Source: the human T2T-CHM13v2.0 reference genome, Homo sapiens
Reading direction: 5' to 3' (one strand)
Length of the DNA stretch: 64,000 bases
Assembly: GCF_009914755.1 (NCBI RefSeq)
Contig: NC_060925.1
Numbering within the stretch: the stretch's first letter is position 1; each line of letters starts with the position of its first letter. Positions 53,199-64,000 of the stretch are shown here, one piece after another. The translations under genes were made by a program, and so were the position numbers. Below the pieces are notes generated by a model that ran no database searches, was not told where the DNA came from, and saw only the letters and a list, made by a program, of their open reading frames with translations.

Positions 53199-53720
53199 AG
53201 TGAAAGAGATACTTAAGTACGTACATCAGATATTATTCTGTTGTTTGTTAGTTGCTGGGAGTCAGTCCACAAAGAATTTAGTGTGCGTGTGTGCGCACGG
53301 ACGCACACACACACATGCATTCAGGAACACTAGCACATGTTTATGTATGTAACTGGGTGCTTGCTGTATGAACATATGGATGGCAGCATGAGCAGATGCA
53401 TGTGCATGTGAGCATGAGCACAGAGGGTATGTATGAGTGTATCAGCAGATGCAGGGTAAGAAGCACATTACACTGTTGTGGTGGAGGGCACGCAGACATT
53501 CTGGGAAGCCACTTGCCCCACCCCTGGGCTGCTTCTTCTTGAGATCAGGAGGGGCGTTGCCCAGGGCTGGTGTTGCCAGGTGGAGGCCTGCTGAGGCAGT
53601 GGTTGTGGGGATCGGTCTCCAGGCAGCAGGGGGCAGCAGGGTCAAGGAGAGGCTAACTGGCCACGGGTGGGGCCAGCAGGCGGGCAGAAGGAGGCTTTAA
53701 AGCGCCTACCCTGCCTGCAG

Positions 53721-53853
53721 GTGAGCAGTGGTGTGTGAGAGCCAGGCGTCCCTCTGCCTGCCCACTCAGTGGCAACACCCGGGAGCTGTTTTGTCCTTTG
53801 TGGAGCCTCAGCAGTTCCCTCTTTCAGAACTCACTGCCAAGAGCCCTGAACAG
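53721..53853 (+). other. TSPAN1: TSPAN1 non-coding exon 2
   Basis: Acceptor ccctgcctgcag| at 53720, donor CAG|GTAATG at 53853. Confidence 0.85.
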
Positions 53854-54302
53854 GTAATGGGATAGGGATACAGATTATCCTGTGAAGTGATATCGATCTG
53901 GAAACAGGTCTGGGGAGCTGGAGGGGCTCTAGTGAGGGTTCTGGGAGGGTCTGGGGTTAGTGTGGGGGGGAGCACAGGATATACAGGTGCTAGGAAAGAG
54001 CATGGAGTGACCTGCAGTGTGGGAGTCAGGCTGGGTGTGCAGGTGGAGGAACCTGGGGTGTTAGGATCTCAGAGTGTCAGGTGCTGGTGGAGGTCCTGGG
54101 TAGTATAGAGGGGTAAGGGTGTTAGGATAGAAACTGGGAAAAGGTCTGTGTCAGACCAGGTACAGGAGAAGCTTGGTGAGATATGGGTTCAGGATCCTGG
54201 GGTCTGGCATATCTGGCTGAATATCTGAAGCCAGGGCCAGCCCAGGTGGGCCCAGGGGAAACAAGGCCCTAACTTGCACATGTCTACCTCCCAGGAGCCA
54301 CC

Positions 54303-54359
54303 ATGCAGTGCTTCAGCTTCATTAAGACCATGATGATCCTCTTCAATTTGCTCATCTTT
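54303..54359 (+). CDS. TSPAN1: Tetraspanin-1 coding exon 1 (exon starts at 54295)
   Basis: Kozak gccaccATG; MQCFSFIKTMMILFNLLIF; donor TTT|GTAAGT. Confidence 0.97.
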
Positions 54360-55410
54360 GTAAGTACGGACATTGTGGACTCTTTGGGGCTCCCTATAGG
54401 AGCAGGTCACAAGCTGAGTAGAGACTAAGCTGGGGAATGGGAGACTGCTATGCCCAGGCTTCGTCCTGCATGTGTCCCCTTATGAGTGGGATGCAAAGGT
54501 CTCCCCAAATGCTGCTGATTCCTAGTCCCAGCAGCAGCCAGGCTGCCATACAGGTGCGTGTGTGAAAAAGGGGATGGAGAAGCTAGGGGCACCCCCTCTC
54601 TCCTACAAAGCTTTAGCCTAGGCTTCAGGCAGGGCAGAGTAAGCTACCAGGAATGATTCTCCACCCTTTATAGGCACTGGGGGCCCAGAAAATAGAAGGG
54701 CTCCACCCAAGTTTACCTACCACAGAAGGAAATTCAGTACAGAGGAAATTCTTCTGTATGACGGGGAGCTGAAAGGAGGGAGGGCCTACCTCTCATCAGA
54801 GCAACAGTCCTTATTCATTCGACAAACATTCATTGTCTAGGATACCATGATGGGTGCTGGGGTGGCAGGTAAGCAAAGCCTTTCTCTGCCCTGAAGGATC
54901 TCAGCTCCGATAAGCCAGATAGGCAGATAATAACAACACAGTGTGTTTGGGCTTAGGACGGAGGTTATGGGAGCCTGAACTCAGCCTGGTTGGAGAATAC
55001 TTCCTGGAGGAAATAGCTGAAGCTGGGAAATTGCACTTGGTGGGGGAGTTATAAAGCATGCATAAAGGGCCAGAAGTAGTGAAACTTGATATCGTTCAGA
55101 AAACCAGAAACAGATTGCATAGGGCATGTTTGAGAAGCTGAGCCATGAGGCGTAAATCCTGGAGATGGTGGTGGAGATAGGGAGAAACGGACAAAGTGGA
55201 CAAAGGACAAAGCTCTAGGATGATGGCTGAGGGGTAGAAGAAGGGGCAAGGGAGACAGAGGTCTTGGAGATGACGCCCATATCTCTGGCATGAGCAACCC
55301 AGATGGCAGGGGGTGGGGCCTGGTTTGTGGGAAGGGGTGTCCCACTAGCAGATGTGTACCCAGTGGAGGTGCAGCTCAGATTGGAGCTGGCCATGGGTAT
55401 TTGAAAATCA

Positions 55411-56408
<998 letters not shown>

Positions 56409-57410
56409 TGAGAGGGTTAAAGGCAAATCCGGTTTGATTTCTGGCCTCTGTTACCCAGACCTTGCCAGGCTGGGCAAAGCAGGATAGGGCAGACCTCCAG
56501 CTCCATGAAATTTGACCCTGCAGGCTAGAAGTCCAGCTTTCTGTCCTTGGGCAAACATGCCTGGAATCCAGCCACAATCTGCCACCTCACTTCCCGTTCT
56601 AGCCTCAGTTTTTATAGCTGGCAAGTGAGGACTAGTCACCAAGGTGGTGTCAGGCTGATTCATCCACTGAAGCCCTGGGCCGGGAGGCTTTCCTCTAAGA
56701 TCTGTGGGAACTGCGCAGGGCCCTCCTCAATCTAGGCCTCAGAATTCCCCCTGAGGTTTGGAGTTGAGCTAGACAGCCTTTAAGAGAAGCTCTGGCTGTA
56801 TTCCCACTGGTACCTCACTTTCCTCTTGTGAGGCAAGGAGGTCTTGTCTACATGAGGGGCGGGCCTGAAGTTGGATTCTGGAGGGGAGCCAAATGGGGCC
56901 TCAGGTGGGTGAACCTTCTCAACCTCCTCCCTCTCCAAGGTTGCCAGCAGGTGGAACCTCAGCCTCGCCTCCATTACTATGGTGACTATTGAGCCTGTTC
57001 TGCTACCACCCCCGTCTCCACCTATCAGAGGACAGAGTGTTCTAGGCACCCATAGCCCAGAAAGGAAATAGGAGGCTGGGCCCTCACCTGCCTGTTTTCA
57101 ATCCTAGCTATGTGGCAGGACCCTGGCAGCAGTGAGGGAAAGTCTTGCCCCTCTGCCCACCCTGAGGATATTTCTAGAACCCCTGATCTCCTTTATATCT
57201 GCCCAGGTGTGCAGCCTGGTCCTAGCTATGCATATCCCAGCTCCCATTTTTCTGGCTCTAGAGGATGTTTCCCTCCTTACAGGATGAGGTTTTAGACTCC
57301 CTAGCCAATAAAGAGGGAAGTTTCTCGGCTCCCATCCTTCTTACTCAGCTGTGTGGTAGTAAGCTACTTGCCAGCACTGTTTAAGGCCTGCCTGACCTCT
57401 CTCTCCCCAG

Positions 57411-57617
57411 CTGTGTGGTGCAGCCCTGTTGGCAGTGGGCATCTGGGTGTCAATCGATGGGGCATCCTTTCTGAAGATCTTCGGGCCACTGTCGTCCAGT
57501 GCCATGCAGTTTGTCAACGTGGGCTACTTCCTCATCGCAGCCGGCGTTGTGGTCTTTGCTCTTGGTTTCCTGGGCTGCTATGGTGCTAAGACTGAGAGCA
57601 AGTGTGCCCTCGTGACG
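57411..57617 (+). CDS. TSPAN1: Tetraspanin-1 coding exon 2 (69 aa)
   Basis: [13 protein letters not shown]...[18 protein letters not shown]; AG/GT boundaries. Confidence 0.97.
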
Positions 57618-57813
57618 GTGTGTGAAACCCAGCTCCACAGGCTGATGACCAAGAGTCCCCTCGCCTTTGACACCAGGCCCTGGGATTCCCAAACCCTGCT
57701 TTGGACCCCCCTAGGCTCAGGCTTCTGTCTCACTTTTCCGGGGGGGGGATTAGGGCAAGGAGGGCATGAGGGACTGTCTCTCCCTAAAACCCAGACCCCT
57801 GTTCCCCACTCAG

Positions 57814-57888
57814 TTCTTCTTCATCCTCCTCCTCATCTTCATTGCTGAGGTTGCAGCTGCTGTGGTCGCCTTGGTGTACACCACAATG
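57814..57888 (+). CDS. TSPAN1: Tetraspanin-1 coding exon 3 (25 aa, TM3)
   Basis: [25 protein letters not shown]. Confidence 0.97.
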
Positions 57889-58004
57889 GTGAGACACTGG
57901 GATGGAGGAAGGGAAGAAGATTGGGCAAAACCCTGGGAGTGGGCTGTGGCCTGTGAATGGCCACCTTCTGTACCAGCCCCTAAACACTGGCCTGCCTCAC
58001 CCAG

Positions 58005-58103
58005 GCTGAGCACTTCCTGACGTTGCTGGTAGTGCCTGCCATCAAGAAAGATTATGGTTCCCAGGAAGACTTCACTCAAGTGTGGAACACCACCATGAAA
58101 GGG
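58005..58103 (+). CDS. TSPAN1: Tetraspanin-1 coding exon 4 (33 aa)
   Basis: [33 protein letters not shown]. Confidence 0.97.
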
Positions 58104-58179
58104 GTAAGGTTGGCTGGGGGAGGTTTTAGGGTGGAGAGAAAGAAGCAAGGCCCCACCTCCACCCTCATCTTGTCTCCAG

Positions 58180-58335
58180 CTCAAGTGCTGTGGCTTCACC
58201 AACTATACGGATTTTGAGGACTCACCCTACTTCAAAGAGAACAGTGCCTTTCCCCCATTCTGTTGCAATGACAACGTCACCAACACAGCCAATGAAACCT
58301 GCACCAAGCAAAAGGCTCACGACCAAAAAGTAGAG
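58180..58335 (+). CDS. TSPAN1: Tetraspanin-1 coding exon 5 (52 aa, CCG motif)
   Basis: [12 protein letters not shown]...[28 protein letters not shown]. Confidence 0.97.
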
Positions 58336-58444
58336 GTGTGGGCTGGCATGAGTGGGTGGGGACTGTTTTCATGGCCTCAGAGTGGCAAACGGGGATGGGA
58401 GTAGGGCAGCTGCCAACTATAAATGCTCTTTTCTCTTCCTGAAG

Positions 58445-58528
58445 GGTTGCTTCAATCAGCTTTTGTATGACATCCGAACTAATGCAGTCACCGTGGGTGG
58501 TGTGGCAGCTGGAATTGGGGGCCTCGAG
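58445..58528 (+). CDS. TSPAN1: Tetraspanin-1 coding exon 6 (28 aa)
   Basis: GCFNQLLYDIRTNAVTVGGVAAGIGGLE. Confidence 0.97.
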
Positions 58529-58705
58529 GTAAGCAGATGAGGAGGCTGGGACTGGGACATGGGCATGAGACCAGGGCTGCTCAACCCATCTGAGGCCTCT
58601 CTGGAGGAAACAGACTTCTAACTGGGCCTCAGGTAGGGTGTCTGTGGGACAGGCTTCAGGATCCCTATCATGTTCCCTCATCTCTCCCTGTTCCTCCCTC
58701 TCCAG

Positions 58706-58753
58706 CTGGCTGCCATGATTGTGTCCATGTATCTGTACTGCAATCTACAATAA
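58706..58753 (+). CDS. TSPAN1: Tetraspanin-1 last coding exon; protein totals 241 aa
   Basis: LAAMIVSMYLYCNLQ*; TAA at 58751-58753. Confidence 0.97.
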   Translation: MAAMIVSMYLYCNLQ

Positions 58754-59018
58754 GTCCACTTCTGCCTCTGCCACTACTGCTGCCACATGGGAACTGTGAA
58801 GAGGCACCCTGGCAAGCAGCAGTGATTGGGGGAGGGGACAGGATCTAACAATGTCACTTGGGCCAGAATGGACCTGCCCTTTCTGCTCCAGACTTGGGGC
58901 TAGATAGGGACCACTCCTTTTAGGCGATGCCTGACTTTCCTTCCATTGGTGGGTGGATGGGTGGGGGGCATTCCAGAGCCTCTAAGGTAGCCAGTTCTGT
59001 TGCCCATTCCCCCAGTCT

Positions 59019-59164
59019 ATTAAACCCTTGATATGCCCCCTAGGCCTAGTGGTGATCCCAGTGCTCTACTGGGGGATGAGAGAAAGGCATTTTATAGCCT
59101 GGGCATAAGTGAAATCAGCAGAGCCTCTGGGTGGATGTGTAGAAGGCACTTCAAAATGCATAAA
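59019..59164 (+). terminator. TSPAN1 poly(A) signal candidates: ATTAAA (59019-59024) and CATAAA (59159-59164)
   Basis: Variant hexamers in the 3' UTR; no AATAAA seen there. Confidence 0.55.
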
Positions 59165-59691
59165 CCTGTTACAATGTTGCCAGTTGGACTCTTCATGTAT
59201 CCTTGGGGAGAGGGGCCTAAACTGGCCACGGATTCCTGTGGGGCTGCCAACTCAGAAGGCCCTGGAAAGGAGGGAAGTAGGGTGGGGTTGGGGGTCAGAA
59301 GTGGTTATTTCTCCCCTTCATTTGGGTTCCAGGCCTTGGAGGGAAACTAAGAGGGATGGCTGAGAGGGCATGAAGAAGTACAGTTGGGTTAGGCCAGTCT
59401 GCCTCCTTATAAAGGGGAGAACTTTGGACTGAAACTACCCCCTCCTGGGTAGGGGCACTGGACTGGAAAGCTATGAAAATAACAAGCTTGTGACGAATTC
59501 TTACCAGGGCAATGGGAAAGGGTCACTCCTTAGGTTCTGGGAAGCCCTTCAGGAGCCCCCTTCCTAGGGTCCAGGCTGCCTGCCTTTCCCACTCAGGCAA
59601 AACCCCAGATCTGTCCCTGCTTCTGGGATCTCAGCAAGCACTTCATTTTTTCGTTGCTGCTGGCCTACCTGGTGTTCTTCAGACCTCATCT

Positions 59692-59693
59692 CT

Positions 59694-59725
<32 letters not shown>

Positions 59726-60327
59726 TTGGGACAGAGTTTCGCTCTTGTTGCCCAGGCTGGAGTGCAATGGTGTGATCTCGGCTCACTGCGGACTCTGCCT
59801 CCGGGTTCAAGCAGTTCTCCTGCCTCAGCCTCCTGAGTAGCTGGGATTACAGGCACCTGCCACCATGCCCGGCTAATTTTTGTGTTTTTTTTTTTTTTTT
59901 TTTGAGAGAGTCTCGCTGTCGCCCAGGCTGGAGTGCAGTGGCGCGATCTCGGCTCACTGCAGGCTCCGCCCCCTGGGGTTCACGCCATTCTCCTGCCTCA
60001 GCCTCCCGAGTAGCTGGCACTACAGGCGCCCGCCACCTCGCCCGGCTAATTTTTTGAATTTTTAGTAGAGACGGGGTTTCACTGTGTTAGCCAGGATGGT
60101 CTTGATCTCCTGACCTCGTGATCCACTCACCTCGGCCTCCCAAAGTGCTGGGATTACAGGCATGAGCCACCGTGCCCGGCCACGCCCGGCTAACTTTTTA
60201 TATTTTTAGTAGAGACAGGGTTTCACCATGTTGGCCAGGCTGGTCTCGAACTCCTGACCTCAGGTGATCCACATGCCTCAGCCTCCCAAAGAGCTGGGAT
60301 TACAGGCGTGAGCCACCTCACCTGACC
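59692..60327 (-). mobile_element. AluS-like element with an AluY (59885-60181) nested in its linker
   Basis: Arms separated by a full Alu; duplicated gcccggctaa. Confidence 0.9.
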
Positions 60328-61921
60328 TAGACCTCATCTCTTCTTTAGCCCTAACTATCCCTATGCTCCAGGTAGGAAACTAGGGATCGGAAAGGCCAAG
60401 ATACTTGCCCCAGTCCCACAGGCTTCTGTGAAGAGCTCAGCCTAGATTTGGGCCCAGAACTCCAGCACCTGGTGTAGTCCTGGCTGACATGGTACTAGTT
60501 CCACTTGAAGGGGCAGCTGGCCAGAATGTCTGATATAGACCTGATCACTGTTGAGCCAGGAGTGAGAGGCCTGAGGGAGGCTATGGCAAGAGGGTACAGT
60601 GTCTGCTACCAAGCAAAGCCCAGCCTAACAAACCAGTCCCCCTCCTTACTTCCCTTTGACCCCTGTAACTCTCTTCCTGAGCTTTTCCAGGGCAGCCCAG
60701 AACCACCACCCCCTTGCTGAGCCCAGAAAGGAAGAGGGACCTGGCCAGAACCAAACAGTGCCTTAGAGCTGGTCTGTGAGGGCCAGACCAGGAGCCTGCT
60801 AGGGTGCGGGACAGGGGGAGGAGCTAGCCTGCCTCACCCCTTCACCACCATACTGTGCCTCTCACACTTCTCCTCTGCCGTGTGCCTGTGTGGAGGCTGC
60901 ATGGGATTTGTTTGCCCAGGGCGGGCCTCTACCTCATCATGGGCTAATTGCTGCTCAACCTGGCTGTTGTGCCACCTCAGGCACTATATCCAGCTCCAAC
61001 AAACACTGAAGGCGTCAGGGTGGCGAGATATGTCCAAGCGACATACCACCCATGCTGTCACCGAGTTGGGCTCCAAGCACCTGTGAAAGAGGCAGGGCAG
61101 AGAGCAGGCAGGAGGGCTGGAGTTCCAGCTGGAGTTCTGTACTTGTACAGAGGCAGGCAGACCCTTTCTGAAGAGGTGCTCCACACTCATCCTCCTGACA
61201 TTAGGCCCTTCACAGATCCCTTAAATGTTCTTTTCCCTGCCGTAGGCTTTCTCATTCACTCCCTCTGGACAATCCCATCCATTTTCTGGTGCCCCTATGA
61301 CTAACTTAGATCTTCCTAACCTCTTTGGGTTACTGGCTATGTGAGAATCTGATGAAGACCATGACCCATTTCTCCACAAAAATGCCCAGATAGAGAATTC
61401 TGAATAGCAAAGTGCTCTAAGGGCCATAGACACCCTTGCTCCTACATCTCCATCTGCACCCTAGCCCGTCTCTTGAATGATGCCTGCCCAGTCCTGTCCC
61501 ATCCACTTCCTTCCCACCCCTACTATGCACACCTGCTCTCTCATTTCCTCTTCCAACTCCCCAGTATCCCTTTTTGTTCTCTCCTGCTCTGTCTCTGGGG
61601 ACAGGTGCCCGGCCCAGGCAAGATAAGCAGGAACCCGGCTGGTGGTTAAACGGTGGGGAAGAGGTAGGGTGGCTGCTCCAAGCCTCAAGTAGGGCGGGGC
61701 TAAAGTCAAGCTGTCCTAGGGTAGAGTTGGGGAAAAACCTTGGAGTTTGAGACTCAGGCATCCCCTGGTGGCCAAATGGCCCCAAATGGAAGATAAACTC
61801 TGTGGAGGACAGTAAGGAAAACTCACCATCCAACACAAGTATTCTCTCCACCACTTCCCTCCAGCACCCCCCTGACACACAAAATCACAATCACAAGACA
61901 TCCCCAGAGGGCTTCTCCTTT

Positions 61922-61927
61922 TTTAAT
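61922..61927 (-). terminator. POMGNT1 poly(A) signal ATTAAA
   Basis: tttaat on the plus strand at the end of the 3' UTR. Confidence 0.7.
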
Positions 61928-61938
61928 CAATGACCAAC

Positions 61939-62217
<279 letters not shown>

Positions 62218-62418
62218 TCAAAGGGCAGGATGAGCTGCTAGGGATCGTAATGATTCCCAGGTACTCTCCTGCCCTTCTCCAACAAGGAAGTAAATAAATA
62301 GACTTTTAACTCAGGAACGGGGTGTTGGAGCAGGGGAACCCTCCCCTTGGAGTTAGTAATTAAGTCTCATGTTAAAAACAAGGTAGCCCCAGCCCCTACC
62401 AGCATCTACAAAATCCTA

Positions 62419-62619
<201 letters not shown>

Positions 62620-62676
62620 CTATATCCCTGGATCTCACTAGGCCTCCTGTTTCCCAGGGCAGAAAAGGGTCACTCA

Positions 62677-62787
<111 letters not shown>

Positions 62788-62956
62788 CTAGTGAGGGTGG
62801 GATGGAGACAGAGACATGGGTCAGAGAGCTGTAGGGAGGGGTCACTGACGACCCTTTGGCCCAGCCCCCACCCCTCCTCAGAAACCACCTCAATTTGTAA
62901 GAGATAGCATCTTTTAGAATATGAATTTGGACAAGGAGGTTGGAAGAGGTGTTCTA

Positions 62957-63564
<608 letters not shown>

Positions 63565-63693
63565 TGAAGTTCCTAATGTTTGAGATGAGGGCCCTGATTT
63601 TCATTTTGCACAGGACCCTGTAAATTATGGGGCCAAGATCCCCAGTATTTGACTCTTTGCTCCCTGCTACACCCCAATTGTCCTAGGCCATAC

Positions 63694-63738
63694 CTGAGCA
63701 GCCTGTGAACTTCCACTTCATAAGCTTCTTTCTTCAGA
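63694..63738 (-). CDS. POMGNT1: POMGNT1 coding exon (45 nt)
   Basis: LKKEAYEVEVHRLL; AG/GT boundaries. Confidence 0.96.
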
Positions 63739-63906
63739 CTGAAGAGGAGGGAGAAATGGGTCAGGGGAGTGGGCAGGCCCTCAGGTCCCATGGGTAGCAC
63801 TGAGCAGGGCAAGGGGTCACATGGGAATCTGTAGCCGCAGGGCTGGAGTAAACACACAGGCCCAGCATTGGAAGGGACTTTCAGGGACTGGCCTCCAAAT
63901 CTCCTA

Positions 63907-64000
<94 letters not shown>

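Overview
Mammalian (human) genomic DNA, recognisable as the 1p34 PIK3R3 - P3R3URF - TSPAN1 - POMGNT1 locus. Minus strand: first coding exon of PIK3R3 (p55gamma, 5090-5195) under a CCAAT-rich CpG-island promoter; the two-exon 95-aa P3R3URF gene (49666-48781) nested antisense in TSPAN1 intron 1, with a phase-1 donor compatible with read-through into PIK3R3; and the last exons of POMGNT1, including an alternative-frame C-terminus. Plus strand: complete TSPAN1 (7 coding exons, 241 aa). The intergenic DNA is Alu-dense, with MIR, L2, MaLR, MER41 and DNA-transposon remnants. The least obvious structure is a heavily fragmented Ty3/Gypsy retrotransposon relic (about 20130-26305, minus strand). Its decayed gag reads like PNMA proteins and is followed in order by zinc-knuckle, protease, RT and RNase H motifs, split by at least eight younger insertions. 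Other candidates: a decayed multi-exon gene at 36-45 kb (weakly CCDC17-like), extra phase-1 exons for PIK3R3, AG|GT dual splice sites, uORFs and a downstream POMGNT1 terminal exon. Gene and repeat names and reference motifs are recalled from memory, not from database searches. Repeat boundaries are approximate.
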